Shown: positions 29,213-36,382 of the stretch, piece by piece
How the letters are laid out: the number at the start of each line of letters is the position of its first letter
Numbering within the stretch: the first letter of the stretch is position 1
IMG/VR virus record: IMGVR_UViG_3300023174_000207
Coordinates: 1-55,497 of that record
DNA: 55,497 bases
Source of the DNA: a virus
Taxonomy: Duplodnaviria > Caudoviricetes
Reading direction: 5' to 3' (one strand)
The notes under the pieces: generated by a model
Database searches by the model: none
What the model was told of the DNA's origin: nothing
What the model saw: only the letters and a program-made list of their open reading frames with translations
Made by a program: the position numbers and the translations under genes

Positions 29213-30307
29213 TTAGAACAAGTATTGATTCTCACGCATCCAATCGCAGAACGACTGGCTTGTTAAGAACATCTTCTTCTTGTCGTCGTTCTTCATACCT
29301 GTCAAGCAGAACACAGACTGCAACTCTTTCGGAGTCCGCTTGAGATACTCAAAGAACTTATTGATTGTTTCTCTATCGACACGCTGAACTGCCGAGAACG
29401 CTAGTAAACAAAGGGCGGCGGGACTTGTGGGAACTTGAGCCGTTTTGGGGTTCTTGATAATCTCTTCCCATGATGGCAACGAATCCGCAACATCAACAAA
29501 AGACATCAACTCACGAGCAGAATACGCACCGATAGTGCCTTCCAATGCACAAGTAATTGCATTAGTGGTTGAAGAGCCACGAACCTTAAGAATATTTGAT
29601 GCTCTCTCAAGGGAACGAGGGCTAACGAAAGCCTTCTGTGCTTCTTTTGGTTGAAAGATATGCTTGTTGCCTGCCTGTGATGGGTCTAGGTATGACGCTA
29701 GAACTTGAGGATTGTTCTTAACCCATGCTAGAACTTCAGCAACAATATCGTTCTTGACTGCCCACTCACCCCATGAGTTCGGTTCGATAGAGCCATCGGG
29801 GTTAAAGCCTGCTGATGGTTTCTTGATATGAACGACACTCACACGATTGCGTGTATGGGAACGCATTACATCATTGACACCGTCGGTGCTGTAATTACCA
29901 GCAGTAACGACTATCGTTTGCTTGTGCAATGGGATACCCATAACTTGCCGTGGTTCGTTAAGCATAGGGTGCAACATATTCTGCACACCCAATGGTGCTT
30001 TGGTTATCTCGTCAATGAACACGACGAGTGGTTCGTCCAAATGAAAACCCCACATCTCGTTAGGATAAATGCGAGTAGTCTTGGTGCTATGGTCGGGGAT
30101 TGGCACACCCAACTCGCCCAACTCAATGTTCGGTCCGTCGATATAAACACCACGATACCCTGTGCGTGCAACAATGTTCTTGAACATCGAGGTCTTGCCC
30201 ACACCCATCTCACCCATCAGGTGAATAGTTCCGTTCCCACCCAACGCAACAATCATATCTTCTGCTTCTTTGAGCGTTGCGGATTTACTTAGTAATACTT
30301 CAGCCAT
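29213..30307 (-). CDS. MoxR-like AAA+ ATPase
   Basis: Walker A GEMGVGKT, Walker B VVFIDE, TAGN, SPRS sensor motif. Adjacent to a vWA gene. Confidence 0.88.
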   Translation of the reverse strand: MAEVLLSKSATLKEAEDMIVALGGNGTIHLMGEMGVGKTSMFKNIVARTGYRGVYIDGPNIELGELGVPIPDHSTKTTRIYPNEMWGFHLDEPLVVFIDEITKAPLGVQNMLHPMLNEPRQVMGIPLHKQTIVVTAGNYSTDGVNDVMRSHTRNRVSVVHIKKPSAGFNPDGSIEPNSWGEWAVKNDIVAEVLAWVKNNPQVLASYLDPSQAGNKHIFQPKEAQKAFVSPRSLERASNILKVRGSSTTNAITCALEGTIGAYSARELMSFVDVADSLPSWEEIIKNPKTAQVPTSPAALCLLAFSAVQRVDRETINKFFEYLKRTPKELQSVFCLTGMKNDDKKKMFLTSQSFCDWMRENQYLF

Positions 30308-30338
30308 TTTTGATTTCCTTAAGGTTATATTTAATTAA

Positions 30339-30367
30339 AGACATTGTGTCATCGTGACACTTTGTCC
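30339..30367. repeat. 29-bp palindrome, copy 4
   Basis: AGACATTGTGTCA-TCG-TGACACTTTGTCC. Confidence 0.93.
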
Positions 30368-31329
30368 TACTTTGCATACATATACTTGTCATTTCCGTCA
30401 TGAAACGGAGTGCCAATTACTACTTCTTCTTCTTTGAATAGCGTGTCCCTGAAGTGATACTTCAAGATTTCTTCAAAGTATTTCTTAAACGCTTGTGGCG
30501 AACAAGAAACAAAATTGTCCCGATACGAATACTTACCCGCATTGTGAGCAATTAGATACATCAGGTTGTAAGCCAACTCCAAATCCCCAGATTCGTTAAA
30601 CTTATCCAATGCTTGAATAACAACTGCTCGATTGGACCTGTCGTTAGGTTTTCTGTTCCAATGGTAAGCAGGTAGCAAATCATCATCTTGGAGTTTGAAA
30701 TACTCCTTGACTTTGGTTATCTCCCTTTTCTCACCATCGTATACATTTGAATCTAGCCTACTGTCCATGCTCAAAGCGGTGCAAGCGTAGTCGATAAACT
30801 TCTTGTATCGCTTACGCAAGGCATTCATCTCTTTACGATTAAGCCTATACACAGTCTCAGGTGTTACATCTTTGGGCATGAAGTCCCCATCGACAGAACG
30901 AAAAACTGTTTTGCCCATGTCGCTAAGAACAAAACTTTGGTTCTGTTTGTTGATGAGATACCACTTGCCACGCATTGACCCAATCTTAGCGACACCGAAC
31001 AAAGCATAGGTAAGCATATTCATTACTGAAACACCACGATACCTTCGACAATCAAACACTACATCGCCATTTGGGTAGAAGGTAAGGTAGTCGTAGTCAT
31101 ACATCTGACAAACATAAACATCAACGAACTCACCCAATGGGTTATCAGGTGTTTCAATGCTTGCCCGCTTATGCACAATCTCCATCCACTTGTGCCGTCG
31201 GTTATCGCCAAGTGGTCGTAGGTTGTCGCTACCCCTGATTGGGGTAGTCTTTTCGTAGCGTTCCTTTGCTTGAGCATAGTTTGCTATCGGCTTAATACGG
31301 GCGGAGTTATACCCCGAATGAATACGCAT
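30367..31329 (-). CDS. Hypothetical early protein
   Basis: 320-aa ORF with TAATG coupling. Confidence 0.75.
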   Translation of the reverse strand: MRIHSGYNSARIKPIANYAQAKERYEKTTPIRGSDNLRPLGDNRRHKWMEIVHKRASIETPDNPLGEFVDVYVCQMYDYDYLTFYPNGDVVFDCRRYRGVSVMNMLTYALFGVAKIGSMRGKWYLINKQNQSFVLSDMGKTVFRSVDGDFMPKDVTPETVYRLNRKEMNALRKRYKKFIDYACTALSMDSRLDSNVYDGEKREITKVKEYFKLQDDDLLPAYHWNRKPNDRSNRAVVIQALDKFNESGDLELAYNLMYLIAHNAGKYSYRDNFVSCSPQAFKKYFEEILKYHFRDTLFKEEEVVIGTPFHDGNDKYMYAK

Positions 31330-32159
31330 TACTTACCTGCCTTTCCCTCGTAGTATTCAACGATGATGGTCAAGCGTTTGATTTCCTTACGCAAAGACTC
31401 AATCTGTGCCAAGGATTCGTCATACGCAACATTACGCACCTCTCGTCTTGTCTTTGCGTCTACCTCACGCTGAAGTCTGCGAGCCTCAGTCTGCCACTCA
31501 GTCACCCGATTTTCCAAGAACAAAATGTAATTCTCTCTGTCTTGGTCAATAGGCATTGGCTTTAACTGCTCTGCAATTTCCAATGACCTTGGCATAGCAA
31601 ACGATGTTACTTTTTCTGTCGGCTTGAACTCGAATGGGTTCTTCTTGACTTTTGGTTTTTGCAAGCAACCTTTAGCCAAGGCTTCGTCGTATGGGTAATA
31701 CTTCATATACCCTGTGCTGACTGACTTTTTCTTGCCAATCAAACCACGAGATACAAGACTGCCCAACTTCATGTTGAGAACTTTGAGTGCAACATCTTTA
31801 CCGACATAGGTGTGGATAGTTGTAGCGGTTCTGCAACCTGTCTTCAAAGCACTAAGCACCCGCTCTTCCAAACTTTTTACATGCTTGGGGTATGCTCTAG
31901 CACCGCTTGATACATTGCTACCTTTGCGGATTTTCCACATGGCTGTGTGAATCGTGTTCAACCTTTTGCCTGTCGTTTGGGAAATGTCCAAGGCTTTGTT
32001 AATGCCGTTGTCCATGCACCACTTCGTTGCTTCCATGACTGACAGAGTGCTGAAGTCGGGTAGCCGTGGGGCATTTACATCTACTTCAGGCTTTTGGTTA
32101 TCCATGCTAGCCATCTGTGCTTTTACTTCTGCTAATACTGCGTTTACTTCAGGGTTCAT
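31329..32159 (-). CDS. Hypothetical early protein (possible HTH/wHTH + coiled coil)
   Basis: 276 aa, AAGGAG RBS, basic centre, C-terminal heptad repeats. Confidence 0.65.
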   Translation of the reverse strand: MNPEVNAVLAEVKAQMASMDNQKPEVDVNAPRLPDFSTLSVMEATKWCMDNGINKALDISQTTGKRLNTIHTAMWKIRKGSNVSSGARAYPKHVKSLEERVLSALKTGCRTATTIHTYVGKDVALKVLNMKLGSLVSRGLIGKKKSVSTGYMKYYPYDEALAKGCLQKPKVKKNPFEFKPTEKVTSFAMPRSLEIAEQLKPMPIDQDRENYILFLENRVTEWQTEARRLQREVDAKTRREVRNVAYDESLAQIESLRKEIKRLTIIVEYYEGKAGK

Positions 32160-32180
32160 AACATACTCCTTTTAGTTAAG

Positions 32181-32209
32181 GGACTTAGTGTCACAATGAC
32201 ACTTTGTCT
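32181..32209. repeat. 29-bp palindrome, copy 5
   Basis: GGACTTAGTGTCA-CAA-TGACACTTTGTCT. Confidence 0.95.
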
Positions 32210-32475
32210 TACTTCGTTAGCCATATAAAAAGAAAAATAGGCAGGGCTATGGCACACCCACCCATGAAAAGGGTCATAAAAAACTCAGAGAAGAACTCAA
32301 GCGTATGGCGTAGGTCTGACTTGTGTCTTTCTATTGCACACGCATAGGTTGCATCTTTGAACGCTTCAGATACGCTACGGCTAGTCCTGCCTGCCACATG
32401 ATGTGGGTCGGCAGTTCCCCGATAGGTTCGCATATCTACACCTTCAACAAACATCTTTGCTTTCTTTGGTTTCAT
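32209..32475 (-). CDS. Small protein with C-terminal transmembrane segment
   Basis: AAGGAG RBS and a hydrophobic C-terminus. Confidence 0.6.
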   Translation of the reverse strand: MKPKKAKMFVEGVDMRTYRGTADPHHVAGRTSRSVSEAFKDATYACAIERHKSDLRHTLEFFSEFFMTLFMGGCAIALPIFLFIWLTK

Positions 32476-32644
32476 TCTTTAACTCCTTCAAGTCGTTAGT
32501 CATAACATCAAGCCTGTGTATTACATTGAAAATAATCAAATTGGCATGGTTTCTAGTAACACCACGCATACGAGTCATAGCCAATGCCTTAACCATTGCT
32601 TTAGCATTGGATATCATTTCGTCCAGTTTCTCCTCGTCGGTCAT
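32444..32644 (-). CDS. Hypothetical protein
   Basis: GGGAG RBS and ATGA overlap. Confidence 0.55.
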   Translation of the reverse strand: MTDEEKLDEMISNAKAMVKALAMTRMRGVTRNHANLIIFNVIHRLDVMTNDLKELKNETKESKDVC

Positions 32645-32829
32645 TTTTCTCCCTGTAATGAGGTTAGTTTGGCTTTCATAATTGCGAGTTCGGCTTCTCC
32701 TTGCACATATTGAGCAAGGTCTTCGGCAGTCCTGATACTGTCTTTGTTTAACTCAAGAACAACTTGGAACTCCCTGATTTGGCTCAACAACTCGCTAATG
32801 CGTTGCCCTTTGTAGTATTCCGTCATCAT
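32641..32829 (-). CDS. Hypothetical protein
   Basis: ATG at 32829 overlaps the previous stop codon. Confidence 0.55.
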   Translation of the reverse strand: MMTEYYKGQRISELLSQIREFQVVLELNKDSIRTAEDLAQYVQGEAELAIMKAKLTSLQGEK

Positions 32830-33095
32830 GCCCTCACATAAAAGGAACACGCAATACTGTTGGGTATCGACTCGAATACCTCTTTACTTACTTCGATTTG
32901 CTCACCCGCAGTAACGGCAACTTCGCCACCGAAAAAGTAATAGGTGTCATAGTCTATCTTATCGGGTTTACCCCACCAATCTTTAACTATGTGGTTATGC
33001 ACCTCACTTGGGTCTTGGTCGGTAGCAAAGCGGATAGAGGTGGTTGCCTCGTATTCCCCGATGGTCATGTTTACTGTTGCTAAGTAGTATTTCAT
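32826..33095 (-). CDS. Hypothetical protein
   Basis: GGAGG RBS and ATGA overlap. Confidence 0.6.
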   Translation of the reverse strand: MKYYLATVNMTIGEYEATTSIRFATDQDPSEVHNHIVKDWWGKPDKIDYDTYYFFGGEVAVTAGEQIEVSKEVFESIPNSIACSFYVRA

Positions 33096-33226
33096 TCGCC
33101 CTCCAACATTGCTTTAGCCTCGGCTAGATACCCAAACCCTTCTTCGACAAGTAGCAAATCTTCTTCCTCTATGCCCTTGTGGATTAGCGTGTAGGCTACA
33201 TGTAGTTTGGCAATTATTTCGTGCAT
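33092..33226 (-). CDS. Small acidic hypothetical protein
   Basis: AAGGAG RBS before ATG at 33226 (MHEIIAKL...). Confidence 0.55.
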   Translation of the reverse strand: MHEIIAKLHVAYTLIHKGIEEEDLLLVEEGFGYLAEAKAMLEGE

Positions 33227-33244
33227 TTCTTTCTCCTTAGGTTG

Positions 33245-33273
33245 GGACTTAGTGTCACTCTGACACTTTGTCG
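33245..33273. repeat. 29-bp palindrome, copy 6
   Basis: GGACTTAGTGTCA-CTC-TGACACTTTGTCG. Contains the stop codon of 33255..33506. Confidence 0.95.
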
Positions 33274-33506
33274 TTGGTTGTAAAGCGGTGGGAAAAGCCC
33301 TCAAGAAATCCTGCTTGAAAGGCTTCTTTAATTTCTGAGTAAATTACTCGGCTATGCGGTGCTACCTTATTTGCATACCCATGTCCCTTCTCGATAGCGA
33401 TATCTTCAATAGTGAATTCAGTCCTGAATTCTTCGGTAGCCCACTCAGGTGGGTCGGTATCACAATCAAAGTCATCTTCAAATCTTGGTTCTCTTGGTTC
33501 GCTCAT
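33255..33506 (-). CDS. Acidic hypothetical protein
   Basis: GAGGA RBS before ATG at 33506. Ends DKVSE inside the palindrome. Confidence 0.55.
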   Translation of the reverse strand: MSEPREPRFEDDFDCDTDPPEWATEEFRTEFTIEDIAIEKGHGYANKVAPHSRVIYSEIKEAFQAGFLEGFSHRFTTNDKVSE

Positions 33507-33742
33507 ATCGTCCTCTTGGGGTTTAGTTGCTTGAGCATCGCTAGGTCTGTGATACAAACATAGTTTGATTTGTTCAAAGGTGCAATAGTGAAATGCCGTT
33601 GCTTGGCAATCTCTTCCCCGCAGTCATGGCAAGTCATACGCAAACCATGCGTCTTGAGGTGCTCGGCTCGGTCTTCATCTACCTGTTTGCCGTAGCAGTT
33701 GGTGCATAGATAGCGGTGTGATTGGTGCGTCGCTTTGGTCAT
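33503..33742 (-). CDS. Small zinc-finger protein
   Basis: CTNC...CHDC and a GGGAG RBS. Confidence 0.65.
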   Translation of the reverse strand: MTKATHQSHRYLCTNCYGKQVDEDRAEHLKTHGLRMTCHDCGEEIAKQRHFTIAPLNKSNYVCITDLAMLKQLNPKRTI

Positions 33743-33760
33743 CGTATCTCCCTGTTTGTG

Positions 33761-33789
33761 GGACATAGTGTCAATGTGCCACTTTGTCC
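33761..33789. repeat. 29-bp palindrome, copy 7
   Basis: GGACATAGTGTCA-ATG-TGCCACTTTGTCC. Confidence 0.93.
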
Positions 33790-33834
33790 TGTTAGTAAAA
33801 AATAAGCAAAAAATGGGCGAATTCCCACTCTATT

Positions 33835-33875
33835 AGTATACCACACCTAGTGGGAAAAGTCAAGGATATGTCCTA
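33835..33875 (-). promoter_or_regulatory. Strong sigma70-like early promoter A
   Basis: TTGACT-17 bp-TATACT with extended -10 TG. Shares 26 bp with 34757-34782. Confidence 0.8.
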
Positions 33876-34018
33876 CTTTGAAGTCCGCCGTTTGCACACG
33901 GCGAGCAGGTATGTTGAGTGGCGGTCTTGCTAAATTTTATTGCGTCGCTTAGTCTTTTTTAGGGGGTTGGTGTGTCGCTAGGGGGGAACTGGTGGTTTTT
34001 GCAAAGCAAAAACAAAAT

Positions 34019-34047
34019 GGACAAAGTGTCAATTTGACACTTTGTCC
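34019..34047. repeat. 29-bp palindrome, copy 8 (perfect arms)
   Basis: GGACAAAGTGTCA-ATT-TGACACTTTGTCC. Confidence 0.95.
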
Positions 34048-34057
34048 CAAGGCACTA

Positions 34058-34645
34058 CTAAGCGATATTATGCTCAAGCACCATGTAGTTCAATACTTCC
34101 ATGTCCAAGGTATCAACCCAATCTTTGACCCGCTTACGCAATGCGACCAATTCGGACTTTGCGTCCTTGCCTAGTTCCTTTTGGCGGTGGGCAAGTTCCT
34201 TGCTGATTTTCTTAGCGGACTCTAACTTAGCAAGAGTGGGTTGAGCCAATAGACTTGCCATCTCCGCTTGTAATTGGTCATCGGACTTCTCAGCAAAAAC
34301 CGCCCTTGCCTTTGCCCTTTGTTCTGCTTTACGCTTTGCCTCAGGGTCATCAGATTCAGGGATAGTGATAGCGGACTCATGGCAAACCCGTTTCCACTTG
34401 GACTTGATAGCGTCCTCGGTCTTACCCGCATTTTGCAAGGTTTCCCAAAACAAAACACGACCCATTGAATACCTAGCCCATGAAGGCTTTGTGCCTAACA
34501 CCTCTGCGATTGTTGCAATAGCCTCGGCGATAGCGTCCTCGCCTTCGTCAAGAGCAAGGGTTGCGGATACTAACTGAGCATTTTCATGCTCGTCAAATTG
34601 CGATAACATCTCGGCGGTTTTTACTACTGTGGTTGAGTTTTTCAT
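34058..34645 (-). CDS. Early helical protein, paralog of 35564..36226
   Basis: GGAG RBS before ATG at 34645. Motifs IKSKWKR, KAEQRAKA and LQAEMASL. Confidence 0.75.
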   Translation of the reverse strand: MKNSTTVVKTAEMLSQFDEHENAQLVSATLALDEGEDAIAEAIATIAEVLGTKPSWARYSMGRVLFWETLQNAGKTEDAIKSKWKRVCHESAITIPESDDPEAKRKAEQRAKARAVFAEKSDDQLQAEMASLLAQPTLAKLESAKKISKELAHRQKELGKDAKSELVALRKRVKDWVDTLDMEVLNYMVLEHNIA

Positions 34646-34675
34646 AACAATCTCCATGGAGTGGGTTTAGGTATG

Positions 34676-34704
34676 GGACATAGTGTCACTCCGCCACTTT
34701 GTCC
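34676..34704. repeat. 29-bp palindrome, copy 9
   Basis: GGACATAGTGTCA-CTC-CGCCACTTTGTCC. Confidence 0.9.
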
Positions 34705-34741
34705 CGCATGGGGTGGAAACCATTTCCGACCTCACAAATAC

Positions 34742-34782
34742 AGTTTAACACAGGTGGTGGGAAAAGTCAAGGATATGTCCTA
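34742..34782 (-). promoter_or_regulatory. Strong sigma70-like early promoter B
   Basis: TTGACT-17 bp-TAAACT with extended -10 TG and an AT-rich upstream region. Confidence 0.75.
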
Positions 34783-34789
34783 TTTATTT

Positions 34790-35095
34790 TTGTAATGTTC
34801 TGAAAATAGGGGGTAATGTTCTACAATGTTCTGTTGGGTTGGAACAATAGAAAACCTTATGGGTATTGGGTTTGCGGTTAGTTTAGATATAATGTTCTAT
34901 TGTTCTATATAGATTAATATAAGAACGGCGGGGGTTTTTAGCACTATGCGTAGGGGGTCTTCGTCCCCTGCCAAAATAATTTTCCAAGGTTATTTTTTTT
35001 GGAACATTTGGAACATTTGGAACATTGCGTGTAAGTCCTTGATTACAAAGCGTTTCTATTGTTCCATGCAACGGAACATTACAAGAACAATATCA
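34790..35095. repeat. Cluster of ~12 AWTGTTC/GAACAWT heptamers; candidate replication origin
   Basis: AATGTTC at 34794, 34815, 34825 and 34891. ATTGTTC at 34899 and 35058. GGAACATT x3 at 35001-35026 and again at 35073. GAACAAT at 34842 and 35085. Non-coding with an AT-rich core. Confidence 0.6.
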
Positions 35096-35164
35096 GGGTT
35101 TCCCCTAGTTTACAAAGTGGGCAAAATCAATTATGCTCTGGTTCAGAGCATAACAAAAACAAGG

Positions 35165-35193
35165 GGACAAAGTGTCACGCTGACACAATGTCC
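35165..35193. repeat. 29-bp palindrome, copy 10
   Basis: GGACAAAGTGTCA-CGC-TGACACAATGTCC. Confidence 0.93.
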
Positions 35194-35239
35194 TGCGTGG
35201 CTTGTGCGTCGCTTACAACCAGTTCCCTAATTTTTTGCG

Positions 35240-35263
35240 AAAAAAACCCAGCCGAAGCTGGGT
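35240..35263 (-). terminator. Intrinsic terminator
   Basis: ACCCAGC-cgaa-GCTGGGT (UUCG loop on the minus strand) plus a U-tract. Confidence 0.8.
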
Positions 35264-35285
35264 CAAATTACTGCCATTGGACTAA

Positions 35286-35525
35286 CTAAATATATTTTGC
35301 AACATCAATAAAAATGCAACGGGTTTTTTTGGAATACCGGATCTCAAGATTAGTAAACCCAGCTTGAGCTAATTCTTTAAACTGGCTACGGTTTACATAT
35401 CTTCCGTCCAGCCCGTGAAAATAATCCACAATCCTAAAATCTTTATTGGCTTTCAGATCATCATACAATGCCGATTGTGATTTGTAATCCCTGCCGTATG
35501 CTGGGATAAGTATTAGTGATTTCAT
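35286..35525 (-). CDS. Hypothetical early protein
   Basis: 79 aa with a PAYGRDYKS motif. Confidence 0.65.
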   Translation of the reverse strand: MKSLILIPAYGRDYKSQSALYDDLKANKDFRIVDYFHGLDGRYVNRSQFKELAQAGFTNLEIRYSKKTRCIFIDVAKYI

Positions 35526-35563
35526 TTTTAATCGAGCTGGGTTTCCCCAGCCCGTCCTGTTAG

Positions 35564-36226
35564 TTAGATTTCAGAATCTTCCGGCTGGTATTGCTCGAGG
35601 ATAGCTAAAGAATCCTGAAGCATATCTTCATCAAAGCAATTTTTAGCTGCCTTGATTACCTCAGCCTGAAGATCTTTAATCCCAGCCATGCGTTCTTTTA
35701 AAGCGTCCTGATTTTTAGCTTTAATTGCTTTAGCTAATTTTCCGGCTTTAGCTAAATTTTCCGGAGTAGCTTTAGCCGTGAGCATAGCTATCTCAGCTTG
35801 TAAATCAGCGATTGGCTTAGCCTTTAATTCGTCCATAGCCAACTGGGCTTTCGTCCGCTGCTCAGCCTTTTTTTGGCTTCCGATCTCAGGACTAGCTGGT
35901 TTAGTTAAAGCATAATTCTCTTCCAGCCGACGGGTAAACCGCTTCCACATAGACTTGATACTGTCCAGCTCGAATAGCTCAGCATGGCTATTAGCCGTTA
36001 AGCCTTTTTTCTTGGCATAAGCTAATTTCATTACTTCAGACCCAGCTACCCATAAATGGTAATCAGCTTGTTTAATAATTTTGCCGTCCACTTCGATTGC
36101 AATTTCAACTGCACGGGCAAAATCTTCCACAGCCTGATCTGCATCTACTTCACTAACAGCAAACAAATCACCAACATCACTAAACAACTGCACTTGCGTA
36201 TCACTTAATTGGAATTGAATATCCAT
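35564..36226 (-). CDS. Early helical protein, paralog of 34058..34645
   Basis: Motifs IKSMWKR, KAEQRTKA and LQAEIAML. First gene of the leftward arm. Confidence 0.75.
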   Translation of the reverse strand: MDIQFQLSDTQVQLFSDVGDLFAVSEVDADQAVEDFARAVEIAIEVDGKIIKQADYHLWVAGSEVMKLAYAKKKGLTANSHAELFELDSIKSMWKRFTRRLEENYALTKPASPEIGSQKKAEQRTKAQLAMDELKAKPIADLQAEIAMLTAKATPENLAKAGKLAKAIKAKNQDALKERMAGIKDLQAEVIKAAKNCFDEDMLQDSLAILEQYQPEDSEI

Positions 36227-36282
36227 TTTCCGTTATCCCTTTTTAGGTTAAACACCGGTGAACCATTCACCAGCTAAGATAT

Positions 36283-36325
36283 ATCTTAACACAAAAATAA
36301 AATAAATACAGTAAATATTTTATAA
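36283..36325 (-). promoter_or_regulatory. Possible extended -10 promoter
   Basis: Minus strand TGTGT-TAAGAT with very AT-rich upstream sequence. The -35 is weak. Confidence 0.45.
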
Positions 36326-36343
36326 AATCCCACCAGCTTGTCC

Positions 36344-36382
36344 GGCTAGTGCGCCGCCTTACTTGGCTAGTGCGCCGCCTTA
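36344..36382. repeat. Tandem 18-bp direct repeat (period 21)
   Basis: GGCTAGTGCGCCGCCTTA at 36344 and 36365. Confidence 0.85.

Noticed and set aside
25457-35193. Palindrome series as a CRISPR array
   Set aside because: Intervals are 0.25-2 kb and contain whole genes, and there is no cas operon. The Cas4-like gene is an ordinary replication-module nuclease.
25457-35193. Palindrome as a known site (matS, parS, dif, CRP/FNR box) or as terminators
   Set aside because: Arm sequence or spacing does not match these as I know them (matS has the GTGAC/GTCAC arms in the opposite order). There are no U-tracts, and separate true terminators occur nearby.
34883-35289. Short ORFs across the heptamer cluster (e.g. 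WNIWNIWNI)
   Set aside because: Translations simply mirror the DNA repeats, with no RBS.
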